From positions 414,030 to 478,029 of the forward strand of contig NW_003314374.1 in assembly GCF_000143415.4 (NCBI RefSeq): DNA of 64,000 bases, read 5' to 3'. This document shows, piece after piece, positions 10,542 to 23,700 of the stretch. The notes below the pieces were generated by a model. That model was not told the DNA's origin. It did not search any database and saw only the letters and a program-made list of their open reading frames with translations. Positions within the stretch are counted from its first letter, which is position 1, and every line of letters begins with the position of its first letter. Source of the DNA: Selaginella moellendorffii. Lineage: Eukaryota; Plantae; Lycopodiophyta. Both the position numbers and the translations under genes were made by a program.

Positions 10542-13500
10542 TCACACGTTCGTTAGGTTCTCCTTCGGTTCCCATGTTGCTTCGTAGTGTGGAAATCCTT
10601 TCCACTTCACATGGAACTCTCTCACCTCGAGTTCTTGTCGCTTGCTCTTCTGCGCATTGAGGATGGCCTCGACTTCGTATTCCTCTTCCCCTTGGATAAC
10701 CTTAGGTAAAGGTCTCTCCTGGTCCTTGTGAAGCGGATCCTCAAAGTACGGCTTGAGTAAGTTCACGTGGAACACTAAGTGCATCTTCCCCATCTCTCGA
10801 GGAAGTCAGAGTCGGTAAGCCACTTTACCGATTCGTGCCTCAATCTCGTAAGGCCCCGCGAACCTGCTTATGGAACTCAAGATCAATTCATTTTCAGGAA
10901 TACATGCATTTTTACCTTTGGGTCAACTTTTGGCTGATCCCACTTGGTAGCCTGAGGTTCTTGGTGTTCAGCCACACCTTCTCCCCAGCTTGGAACTCTA
11001 CATCCCGACGCTTCTGGTTCGCATATTTGGTTTGCCTTTGTTGAGCCCGTTCCAAGGAATCCCTCACTAGATTCCAAATGCTGAGTCTTTCCGCCGTGAA
11101 TGCCTCCACTGCGGGTAACTCTCCATGATACTCGGCCACGCCGAGTTCCACAGGACCTTCAATAGCTCGCCCATTGATGACTTCCCATGGACTCACCCTG
11201 ATACTCGAATGTGGTGAGTTGTTATAACACATTTCCGCAAGTCTCAAATGACTTACCCAATCGGTTTGGTCTCCCAAGACATAGCATCGCAAATAATCCT
11301 CCAACTGCCTATTCACCCTTTCCGTTTGTCCGTCTGTCAAGAAGTGTTAGTGCCAACCAACTTGACTTAATACCCCATACTTGTCTGTGGGTGATAAGCT
11401 GTGCTGAATTTCAACTTGGTGCGATACTGTTCTAGGAGAGTCCTCCAGAACCTACTGGTGAAGATCTTATCTCAATCTGAGATGATCTCTTCTGGTCTTC
11501 CCCACACTCGAACCACTTGTTTGAAGAACAACTTCGCCACACCTTCCGCATCCACCTCCGTTGTGGTGGGTATGAAATGTGCCATTTTCGAAAATCGGTC
11601 CACCACCACGAATATCGCATCAAACCCCTCACTTGGGGGAAGTCCCGTGATAGAGTCCATCGTAAGACACTTCCACGGACGATCTGGAATTGGGATGCTT
11701 TGCAACAAGCCCCCACTAGCTTTAGTCACGGCTTTGACCTGCTGACATGTTAGACATGTCTTTACATAGTCTTGGACGTCCTTAGCCATATTTGGCCAAT
11801 GGTACTTCCTCTTGAGTAAGCCCATCGTCTTGGGCACTCCACCGTGTCCTGTAAGAGGTCCGTCATGACACTCTTCTAAGGCTACCTTCCTTAGTTCCCT
11901 TTCTGGAACATACACCCTCGTTTGCTTGTAATAGATGAGTTCGTTGCGTTCTGCATAGCTCGTTTTCTCTTCCGTTAGCAGCTCACCTCTCTGGTGAGCT
12001 TCCCGTGCCTCTAGATTCCTCAGCAACACTTCTTATGCTAGACCATCGTTCTCATATACTGTCCGCACATCGTCCCAGAAGGTTGCTGTCACGCTAGATA
12101 TCGCCAACCTCAAGCTTGCTTTTCGACTTAGCGCATCCACCACGATGTTGCTCTTCCCAGGCTTGTACAGAATCTCGCAATCAAACTCGGCCAAGGCATT
12201 GGCCCACCGACCTTGTTTCCCTCTCAGGTCGGGCTGTGACAAGAAGTGTTTCGTTTCCACATTGTCCGTATAAACCTTGAAGTGTCTCCCAAGGTAGTGT
12301 TGCCACTCCTTGAGCGCCTTGACCACCACAAACAATTCTTTCTTGTGGGCAAGCCACTTTCTTTGAGCCTTGTCCAACTTTTTTGAGAAGAACGCTACTG
12401 GATGGTTTTCTTGCTTCAAAACTGTGCCCAACGCAAAGTCCGAAGCATCCATTTCTACCTCAAAGTCCTTACCAAAGTTTGGTAATGCCAATACAGGAGC
12501 CTTCCTCAACTTCCCTTTGAGGTGGACGAATGCCGCCTCGCATTCCGCTGTCCATACCATCTTCCCTTTTCCTGTTTGGTCCGTTAAGGGCAAGGCTACT
12601 CTCGAATAGTGTCTGATAACTTTCGATAGTAGTTGCATAGCCCCAAGAACGCACTCAACTCCTATACATTCGCTGGTCATTCCCATTCCTGGATCGCTTG
12701 GACCTTCTCCGGGTCCACCTTGAGCCCGTCCTAGCCCACCACATGCCCGAGAAACTTTACCTTTTGTTGAGCAAAGTCACATTTGCTCTCTTTAGCATAC
12801 AGTTTGTGTTCCCTTAGTTTCTCAAACACCCTCGCCAAGTGTTCGGCATGCTCCTCTAGCGTCTCGCTATAGATCAGGATTTCATCGATAGAGACGACCA
12901 CGAAGTGATCTACATAGGGTACAAAGATGTGGTTCATTAGCGCCAAAAATGTTGCCGGAGCATTGCATAGCCCGAAGGGCATCACCAGAAACTCAAAGCT
13001 CCCATACCTCGTTCGACATGTTGTTTTCTCGACATCCTCCTCGGCTACCCTGATCTGGTAGTATCCTGACCTTAGGTCAATCCTCGAGAAGTATTTTGCC
13101 TTTCCCAACCTATCGAACAGGTCCTCAATCCTGGGCAAAGGGTACTTGTTCTTCTTTGTATACTTGTTGAGCAACCGATAGTCTATGCACATGCGCATAG
13201 ATCCATCTTTCTTTTTCACAAATAACACCGGCGCCCCATACGGCGATTTGCTCAACCTAACATACCCTTTGTCCACCAACTCCTCTAGTTGGCGCTTGAG
13301 CTCCTCGAGTTCTTTCTCGTTCAATTGATAGAGGGGACGAACCACCGCCTCAGCACCCTCGACCAGCTCAATCTTATGTTCTATCGATCGTGCGGGGGGC
13401 AACCCCGCCGGTAACTCCTCCGGCATGGTATCCTAGAATTGGTCCAACACCCGTTGGATCACTAAAGGTACTTCTTCCGTTCCTGTCTTTTTGTCACTCT

Positions 13501-14555
13501 TCACCGAGAGTAAGCACAAAAATGCTGCCTTAGTTCCTTTAGTGAGTTGTCCTCTCGTGGATCCCAAGTTTAAGCAGGATTCTTTGGCCTTGCTTTGCCC
13601 TACCTTTAGATCCTAGGCCTCCACCCTAGATCTTCTTCCTTGGGCATTCACTAGTACCACAAGGTTTCTACCTTGTCCATGTAGGGTTACCACGAACAGA
13701 TTGAACCAGTCCATTCCGAAGATCACGTCAAATCCCGCCATGTCCAACATGGTGAAATCCATGTCCACTTTCCATATCCCTACTTCGACTCTCGCTTGTC
13801 AAAGTACCTCATCGGTGCTTTGGCTACCTTGAACAAACTCTATAGTCCTTGGTTCGCCTAGCCGCTGCACCGTTAGTCCGACTTGTTGGACTGTGTCTGC
13901 AGCCACAAAATTATCTAAAGCACCCGTGTCAATAAGGATCTTAACAAAGCTACCTCCGAGCTTTCCTCGGAGGGCTAGTAGATGTCGCGAACGACTCTCT
14001 ACCAAAGTTGCTCGTGTAATGAGTAACTTTGAGTTAGGTACTGGATCACATACCTCAGTTTGGACTTCACTCGATTTGATGGCCATATTGGCTTTGGCCT
14101 TCTTCGGGTAGGGACATTCCCTCGAAAAGTGTCCCACTTCACCGCTGTTGTAGCATACGTTGTTTCCCACACTGCTATACGACTTGACCTTTTTATCCGT
14201 GGGTTTGTCTCTTTTCGCTTGACTCCCCCACGTACTTGCTCGCTGGCCATCGGATTTGCCTTTCCGGAACCCCGAGGACTCATTCTTAGAGAAACTCTTC
14301 TTGAATTTCCCTCTGCTAAACGTTCCCCTTGGTTTGACCCCTTTGCTAAACATGGATCCCGACCCCATCGTGTTCCCCTTTCGCAGGTTATCGTTGAAAT
14401 GCACCTTGCTGGCGCATCCAACGCTTCCTTGTAGTTGGTCGGGTTCCACCGCATCACTTCACCGCGAGCCCAGGTTTGCAAACCTGATATGAAGGCATGG
14501 AACGCATCCATATCCCCCATGTTCGTGACAAGTATTCTTTTTGCCATAAACCCAT
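10542..14555 (-). pseudogene. gag C-terminus and pol pseudogene (zinc knuckle, protease, RT, RNase H, integrase, chromodomain)
   Basis: CYNSGEVGHFSREC knuckle; ILIDTGA protease; [25 protein letters not shown]...[10 protein letters not shown]; RNase H DASDFALG; integrase CHD..GH..CLTC, VVVDRFSKMAHF, TDGQTERVN; chromodomain YEVEAIL..FHVKWKGFPHYEATWEP. Several stops and frameshifts. Confidence 0.95.
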
Positions 14556-14992
14556 AAGCTCTATTTCGTTAAAGTGGGAATTGTCATTATCCCACTTGTA
14601 AAATAAGGTTTCCAAACCTTTATATAGTATATAAATATAACAAAATTCAACTGCATTGAGGCACATGCCATTTTATTTTAAACAAGGAAATGTCTACTCA
14701 ATCACTTCTCCTCCCCTTGCCACTGCTTCATCTCTCTCTTCTCCTTGTCATCGTCGTCCAATTTCTTTCCATCCTTTTAATATTGGCTCAGTTGCTCCGA
14801 GTCTAGGTGGAGCCCAAGTCCCCATTCAATCTTTACTTTCCCCTTATTAATAAAACAATTTCGTAGACTTCCAATAACATGCTGTAACACTTCTAGTATA
14901 ATGCAAATCCTCTCAAAGAATTGTCTTTTAATATTAATACAATGGCATGGAACCCCATAATAAGTTACATTTTTAAATAAATACATGCCATC

Positions 14993-15877
14993 TCAGACTG
15001 TTATTTTTTGCCTCCAACGCCTATACAATAATCTTGGAATTTCATCACTCTCCACACTATCAGGATTTAAACCCAATAGTAATGCCATCTCTTCTCTAAT
15101 ACGTCCACGCTCATGTTCAGTGGTCGAAGAACCCATCCGGTTGAGCAGATTATGGAGATGCGGATAGTGCTTGGCTAGACAATATACATGCCATAAATGA
15201 TGACTGGTGTCTGTCCGATCAAATGGCTTCTGATATACCGTTCCATCTGCCATTTGGTTGATTTCTGCAGCCACCTTCTGGACTGGCCGGTTCTCTATCA
15301 CCATCGCTCCAAGCCGTTTTGCAAGGTCCCCCAGAACATACGGTTTCTTCTCCCTAGTTTCCATACTGCAAGAGATGGGGTGCACTGCATATGTGTGTGT
15401 GTTCGCTGCAGTTTTAATTGGCGAGTCATCGATGATGAGGATTTCACTTGACCTAGCAATCTGGTTCATCACTACAGCCTCTAGCTTGACGAAGATGGGC
15501 TTGCTACCCCTCACATGGACCATAGTCAAGCAATCCTCCTGCGTTAGGAGAAAGTCAAATGGTAATATTACTCGCGTCTGATCGTGCATCATCTGTAGCA
15601 ACTTTAATGCATTGTGGCGCATCATGGATGTCTAAACTCCCAATTGCAAATTGAACCCGGCCCTCTGTTTTAAGTGTCGCATGGTCATTATTAGATCCCG
15701 CAGTTTCTCCTGTGTGATTAATGTGAATCTGTCTCTTTTGACCAACTTGCGACCGCAGGCTTTGGAGGGTGCAATGACATTCGAGGACGAGCCACGCTCA
15801 TGGGAGAAAAGGACACCGTTCAGATCAAAAATGATACAGTACCTTCGCCGTGACTCTAAAATGAAATGCGTCAGCAT
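14993..15877 (-). pseudogene. FCP1/NIF-like HAD phosphatase domain (transposon cargo; probably the last exon of the large minus-strand gene)
   Basis: CIIFDLNGVL (motif I-like), LGV*TS (VWTS with TGG>TAG), ILIIDDSPIK (motif IV-like). ORFs 15632-15877 and 14993-15625 are in frame across one stop. Confidence 0.75.
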
Positions 15878-18800
15878 AAAAAATGGTACAAGTCAATTTT
15901 ACCATCTACAATATTAGCGAATGGTGCTCCCGATGGTCGTTGAGAGGGTTTTGGTCGAGGAAACGTGAAGGGCGGAAATACTCTCCTCTGCAATGTGGGG
16001 TCAATCGCATCCGATGGTGTGTGGGCACATGCCATTTCAGCTGTAGACTCTGGTACAACTGGCTCAACAGTGGCATGGGGTGGTTCCGATGGCGTGTGAT
16101 CACACGCCATTTCAGCTGGTGCCTCCGTTGGCAAAGTGGACATGACCGAACAGGCAGCAGGGGCGGTGTAGGGAGGTTCCAATGGCGCGTAGTCAGACGA
16201 TTGGGCACACGTTGAGTCCGTTAGAAATGAGGATACGACCGGCTCGACGTCTAGGGCGGCCTCATGTGGGTCCAATGGCACCTGGTCACCGTCAGTTGGA
16301 TACGTGGACAAGATTGACTCAGTGGTATGGGCAGCATCAAGTGGAGCGTGGTCAGCTTGCTTGGCGTTGATATGGATAGTAGCCTCCACCAGCTCTGATG
16401 ACTCTTGCAGGCAAGTAGAGTCCACTGGCAGATCCATATGCATGTCCAAATATCTCCCTTCGATTGAGATGGTATCCTCCCGTGGTACTAAAAACAAACT
16501 CATTAGCACATTGAATCGACTATACTGTATTTACCATCAACTGCTATTGAGGAACTAGGACCGATATCACTTGGGCGCACTGCTAATTCTGAAGGATTGG
16601 ACATACGTTTCGACCCTTGCTTGGCACTATCCTTCCTCGACACTAAAGGCTAGAGTTTGTAAATTCAACTGAATAATCTCTACTTACCATTTGCTCTACG
16701 ACCTACATGGACAATGTTAGAAATGGTAAAAGGTTAGGAATGGATGTACTATTATTTACCTGATGGTTTGTCTTGTATGACCTTCCTCCGCTGCTCTTTG
16801 GCCACCTCAGGCTGGCCATCGTCGTCATCATCGTCATCGTCGTTATTGTGATCGTCACCATTGTGAGGACCATCCAAGTCCTCTTCGTCCTCCTCTTCTT
16901 TGTCCTCCTCTTCGTCCTTCTGCTCTTCCTGTTTATTATCTTTCTCTGGCTCCTCATCCCCCTCCTCCATTTCTTCCATAGGCTGCTCAGGCTGGATGGC
17001 TTGTTCTTCCAGGACCATCTTGGAAAAATCATCTGGCCGAGTCTCCATCTCAAAATACAAGACATCCATAGCTTGTTTTAGTGTGTGACCTAGGACCGTA
17101 TCCTCACCCGACTGTCTTAACATGGTTTCTGCACGTTCTTGCACCCTTCGAAGACGACGAGATGAGAAAAACGTGGCCCTGACTTGAAAAACATCCCTCA
17201 TCCATTGTACCTCTCCATTGAGATTGGGGAAGGGGAGTCCGCCATAGGAATTTGAGTCAGGAGGTGGTGACTGCCAGCTTTCACTAAGCCCTTGATCTGC
17301 AATGAATGGCATGAGCACACACGCCATAACCACGAGGCATTACCTATCATCTTTTCGTTGCCCTTCTTCCTTTTCAAATCAAACGCCTCTGATCCCGACG
17401 GCTGTCCAACATGCTTTCGCTTTTTATGATCACTGTCAGTTTGAGCTTGGCTGGTGCTTGTCTGTTTTGCCTTTGAAGAAGTGTCTCCTGCAAGGAATGG
17501 CATGAGACCACACACCATTGCAAATATAATTTGTACCTCCTTTTTTCCTATTGCTTGTTTGTTTGTCCTTCTTCGACGCGCCACCAGTGCGCTTTTCAAT
17601 CCTCGTGTTTGAATATTCACAACGATCTATAATCAAAATGGCGTGAGGCCTCACGTGACCTTACCTTGTGCAGGTTGTGAGCTCGGCCCAACATGGGTAT
17701 CTTTAACAGTAGCTGTTAACGCCGTTTCAGCATCTGGGGGTGGCCACGCTCCTGCATACAGAGCTTGTGAGATAACATTTAAACTTAAAGTGCGTACTCA
17801 CCAGGTTCGCAGAGAAGATACTGTTTTTCTTTGGCAATTGTAATTATATGCTCCATTGAAGTCACCTCTTCAATGGAGTTTGTCACCGCAACACACGGGA
17901 CACCCTTGAGTAGTGCGGCTCGAAAGAATAGTCCGCCGCAGTTGTACTCGACAACGCATTTGCCCTTGGAGTCGGAAGCAGGTGACCCACCCGCTATTGC
18001 GTTGAAGACCCAGCTGAGCATTTCCCATGCTGCACCTGGAGCTTTTTTTGGATTCGAAAGCTCCATAGCCGTCTTCAGTTCCTCAGGCACGGGTAAATTG
18101 ACCTCCCTCAGATCAATTCGATTAGCCTTGTTGAACGAAGCTGGGAAGTCACTCCAGTCCCACTCTGCTGCAAGACCAATAACAAGGGCGAGTGTGAAGA
18201 TGCGGACATTCGTCGATATCTTCTTCTTAGCCATTATCCCATCTCCCGCATCTCCTTGCCTTTCAACCGAGCCTTCACCTCGTTCAAGGCCTTCCAGAAC
18301 TTGTGATAGGATTCGTAGTCGTAGATCATATAGTGGACTGAAGATTCCACCTCCACAAGTCCCACCATTAAGTCAATGATGGAGCTGACTTCGTCTGCAT
18401 GAGTGATCTCCTCGTTTGTGAAGTCCATCACACAAAAGATGTTCTTGACCTGCTCATCTCCGTGGGAAACGATGCTCCTCCACCTTTGATCCTCATCCGA
18501 ATTCAAGTATACCCGGTAAGGTTCTCGATAGGCCTCTACTACGGGGTTGAGCTGTTTCTGAAGCCGGCGGTCGACATCAATCTTAATGAAATTTGGATAC
18601 TGATCCAATTTCTCAGCTTTACTTTTCGTGGCATCCCGCAGCAGATCAATGAACTTGGGGGCCCCCTTCACGTACTCGTCGATGTCTTCATTTGACAAAT
18701 CCAGCGCTTCCATCATCTCTTGTGTGGTGTCGATGCTCACCCTCTCCACGGCCACTTGCTCGAAGATCCAATCCTTCAATAGCGCACGAGCTCTCAGAGT

Positions 18801-20700
18801 CGTGCACAAGTCCTCGTATGTCACAATATGGCCGGGAGTCATTTTGGTCTTGTTGAAGACTACCTCACCACGTAGAAGAGCATTAGCCACTGTCAGAAGG
18901 TCGTCGTCGTCTAGAGACCGCGAGAAACGCAAGGCGTTGAGCTTAAAATCATTGGGCTTCCGGCCGTCCTCCACATCCATTGAGTTTAGTAACTCCCCGT
19001 CATGGTACCTCCTCAGCACATCTACCCATTTGTCAAAAACAACTTTTGTCGCGAGTAGAATGTTATGGATGCTGAGTGTGTCATTGACCCCCAGTGTTTT
19101 TGAGAGAAGACTCGAGAATTCCTGCAATGGAAATGGCGTGAGGCCACATGCTATGCCACATGCAACGAGGCTTACCTGCCAGGCGCTAGTTGCTAGTGCA
19201 CGTCCTTGTCCTGGTTTTTGTGGCTTCTTCAGTTGAACCCAGAGCTTCCGTGTTCGTGCCAATGTCTCGTGCAGACCTGATTTGTAGCACGTTTCTTGCT
19301 TGACATTCTGCGCGTGGGAGATGTATATGATAGATCGGAGGGGCGAGTTGCCTTTTATCAGGCGGACAACTCTTGTCTTGAAGACTTTCTTCACCTCCTC
19401 GCCCACCATAATATCCACAACTATCTCTTGCATCGCCAAGCTAGAATGCTGCCCGGAGACGGCATAGAACCGGATGTTCTGATCGTCCAACACCTTCCTA
19501 TTGATCAAGTCTGGAAACCTCGTCTCGCCCTTCATTGTTCGGTAGTAGGGGATCACGTCTGCGATGTCGGGTGTTACTGGACTTGCCAGCATCTTCTACT
19601 TCAGTTTCTCCACCCACTCATCAGATACTAGCCTGTGGTTGTATTTGCTTTGGATGTCGATACGGCTCACGTCGATTGTATATACTTTGTTGGAATAGTA
19701 ACAAGTACTATTATCTGCGACGATTTTTGCTGCCTCTTCTTGCTCTTTCTGCTCTTTGCGGCTCTTCTTTTTGGTGGGTGTAGTGTTCGAACCCGAGGCA
19801 ATGGCATCACCGAGTAGCTTCTTTTTTGGAGGAGAGTCGGACGTTGGCTTGAGCTTGACCACCCTTTTCTGCTTCGGGGTAGTTTCCAGATCGACCCCCT
19901 TCCCCTTCGCTTCGCGAACTGGAGGCACTCTCAACGGCTCAATGTTGGAATATAGTTTTTGAACATCGCCATAGGTGAGGTCCGTGGATTCCATGTGATC
20001 TTCATAGACCCGCAGCGTCTTTGAAATTGTGGGCCTCCTGGACAACCTCTCCCTAGCTCCCTTTAGGAATTCCTCATAGCCGCTGCCCCCCTCCGGGAAG
20101 CTGCTAGGATGTGCAAGGTGGATCTTGAAGGCAGACGCTGTCTTTACCACAAGTGCCAGTCCATATTCTTGCATGGAACTGCATGGAGTGTCTGTCACTT
20201 GGATGAGGATCCCCATGCATTCTTTTCTCCCACCATCTGTGTTGTACAGCCTCAGATCCTCGCCTTCCATCCCGAAAGTCCAACTGGTGAGCTCCTCCCC
20301 CTTCTCTGCATCCACATTGACAGTGGCTGGAAGAAAAACGCAATTCCTCGCCTATTCAGAAATGCACAACAATTAGAGCTGACAGATGAAAAGCTAGCAG
20401 CTGGAAATAACGTGAGGCCACATGCCATTCACCACTGCATCAAATGTCTTGAGGCTGCATCCTAAGATGGCGTGAGGCTACACGCCATCTGTAACCGTAC
20501 TGCACTCGAGAGCCCAATCGGTGCATGCCAATGTTGCTACTGAATGGCATGTGGCCTCATGCCATTTTCTACTTGGCCTAAAAGACTTACCATTTGAAGC
20601 CGAATGGAGGCGTGACAACCGGACTCGCTGGCGAATGTGCATTGTGTGTGCAGCGGATCGTAGCAGCAAGGCTACTCTGCCACTTACAGTTGGAGAGTGG
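15871..20700 (-). pseudogene. Large multi-exon transposon accessory gene: ParB/Srx-like domain, degenerate N6/N4-MTase-like region, acidic and Pro-rich linkers
   Basis: ORFs 19596-20315 and 18234-19592 are in frame across one TAG, with a 1-nt frameshift into 17785-18234. GT-AG introns at 19122-19175, 17488-17536, 17297-17343. Motifs YTIDVSRID..YNHRLVSDEWVEKLK..FYAVSGQHSSLA and GKCVVEYNCGGLFFRAALLKGVPCVAV. 5' end uncertain. Confidence 0.6.
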
Positions 20701-23700
20701 CGCTGAAATCTCCCGGGACGCCAAGTGGGCTGCGTGTGGTGGCGGAGTGGGCGGCGGAGTTGGCGGCGAAGTTACAAACTAGGTGTGTCTTGAAGTGGAC
20801 GCCGATGCACACGAGCGCGATGCTAGCGCGAGTGTGATGCAAGCGCGAGTGGACACCGATGCACACGAGAAACCTGTAGAGAAGTGGGAGCGCGAGTGGG
20901 AGCGCGATGTGAGCGCGAGTACGAAGCAAAATGCAAAACCTAACCTCACACGCGCGAAATGTCACGACGGTTGGTAATCCCGCCATGTCATCATTCCTCG
21001 GCCTTGGGCGCCACCATTAATTTCTGGATCGCCGTGCGCATGCGTGAAATCCAAAAGAAATCCGCAACGTCATCATTCCTCGGACTGCATGCACGCGAAA
21101 TCCAAAAGAAAGATCATGATTGGGATATCATTTAATACCTTTGCTATATTTATACCATGCATGATTGGATATTCCAAAGCATCTTGTATTTCCAAAAATG
21201 CCAGATGTTCAGCTAAATAAATTGTCAGAGGATTTGATGTGACGTTCAAGCGTGTGGGCTCATGCAATTTTGATCCCAAAAAATGCACCAAAAAATGCTC
21301 GGCGTCATCTGGCGTTATCTCTTGAATGGCGTGGGGCCGCATGCCATTTTCAGGAGCACATAGGAGTATATTCCTAGAATATTCTAACACGCGCGAGATT
21401 GTTTTGAGTTTTCTGGAGATCCAACCGTTAGATCGCAAGTAGATTTTACAAAATGGTATACAATGTCCTTCTTGATGACTCTGCAAAGAAGCATCTCGAT
21501 CGGACACCACATGAGACCACACGAGCCTTACAATGTTTCAGAGGCATTTGCCATAGATCCGACCGTTATTTTGCTCCAAGATTCTACAGTTTGGTGTGCA
21601 TTGACCTTTCCATCGACATTGCAAAGGGACATCACAATCAGATGCGGGATCACAAGAAACCAACTTCACTAACTCTGGTTTCACCAAGATCTACGTAAGG
21701 AGTTATGAAATGAAAGGACCCTCTTTATTGAAATGTGTTTATGGTCCTAGGGGCATTGTGACATATCAAAGGATTTTGCATCAAGTTCTGTATTTGCATG
21801 TTTATCAAGCTACTGAATTGCTAAACCCTAAACCCTAACCCTAAACATGTGGCAAATGCTGCGTGAAGAAAGATGCCCTTTCTGGGCAAATGCTGTAAGA
21901 GGCAGATGCCGAGCAGATGTATCTCAGGCTAGCGAAGGGGACAAACGAAAGCTAGCTATAAACATGACGGGATGCAAATAGATTACTAGGCTGGTCTTGC
22001 GAAAATCAAAAACCATAATTGAAAACATTGAAAATGCAAAAAGAAAGGTTTATAATATTTTTGAATTTTAAGCAACCAAAGGAATGTAAGTAGGGCATGT
22101 GTTTGTAAGTTTAAAAATGCCTCAACCACTTAAATTCCCAAGTAAATAAAGCTGTTTCTATTTTTGGTACAGGTAAACTTTATAGCGTGTGGGCTCATGC
22201 AATTTTGAACCCAAAAATGCACCAAAAAATACTCGACTAGCATTATTCTTTGAATGGCGTGTGGCCTTATATTGCCATAAATGGACGTACACACACAGCA
22301 TAATTATTCCTTTACACGGCGAATAATCTTAGCGCGGATCGCTGACATGGCATGGCAAAGTTCGAATCACTGACATGGCACAGCTGGATCGAGGCAAGAA
22401 CATGATGTGACAAAGTTCAACCTCCGACAGCAAAGTCTAGAAGCTACTCAGTTTGAAATTTGTCAGAGGAATCATAAGATCTGGTTTGTCAGAGGATTTG
22501 ATGTGACGTTCAAGCGTGTGTTATTTTTGAATTCTGGAACTCATTTCTAGGTCTATCATTTTTGTGCGCCGTGTTCTTGGTTCCGCTGAGCGCAGTAAGC
22601 GCTGCTTGTGTAAGCGGCGTTGTGAGCTGTGGTTTATGCGTCTACAAGCGGTTGCGGCATTGCGAGCGCCATTGCGAGCGGCAGTTTATGCGAGTGGCAG
22701 TTTGTGCGAGCGGCGCTACGAGCAATTGCGGTGTTGCGAGCGGTGCTATGAGTAGTTGCGGTGTTGCGAGCGGCACTATCTTTGGTGTGGCTACCGCTTC
22801 CTCTTGATATTCGGCACTTGTGCTTCCTGGTATGTTCACCATGGAATGGTTTAGGACCACATTTAGGAATGGCATGAGGCCACATGCCATCTTGAGCCCT
22901 TGCAATTTCATGGCTAGCGTATTGTCATGTATGTTTTTACTTGCCTGCAGCTGTGTGTATATCAAGATGGCATGAGGCCTCATGCCAATTTTGTGAATGC
23001 GAAATTTCACGTGGGTGTCAATAGCATGTTTGAATAATGGCATGTGGCCTCATGCTATTTGGTATGTTATGATTTAGGCCATTCTCCAATCATTTTTTGT
23101 ATGGTCTTAACTTCTTTTTTGCACTTTCAGAATGGCCTTTAGGGTTGGGGAAAAGGTTTACATTTTGAATGGTGGGAAGAGAGTTGCAAAAGAGACTCTT
23201 GTGTCTATGGATCGGAACTTTGTTATACACTGTCAAAGGCTTGGGGAAGGCAATGCTGCTGTATCAGTAGAGACTATCTTCGATGGGAATGTGGTCGCTA
23301 TTGAACGAGGAGAGATGGTCGTCGGGGTAAATGTTGTTGTTGCCTTGAAAAATCTGCAGAAGAAAGCAGATGTTGGGGACAGCGCAAGTGTGACGCATGT
23401 TCCCTCCGTGGATCTTAAGAACCGTGCTACATGGATTCAGGCAAAGGTGTTTCTAAACAACCCCGAGGGGGAAGTGGTAGCTGAGGGCTTAGCCACAGTT
23501 GTCGATCCAAGAGATGCGGTTGCTAATCAAGAATTGGGCTGGGATGATATTGGAGTTGCGATTTTAGAGGTTGTTGACACAGAAGAAAACAGTCTGACTA
23601 TTGGAAGCATTGTGCGGTGGAAATTGAGGCATTTAGTGTTTGAGAATGTGAAGGATTCACAATCAAACACCACTACAACTGATGACAGAACATCTCTTCA

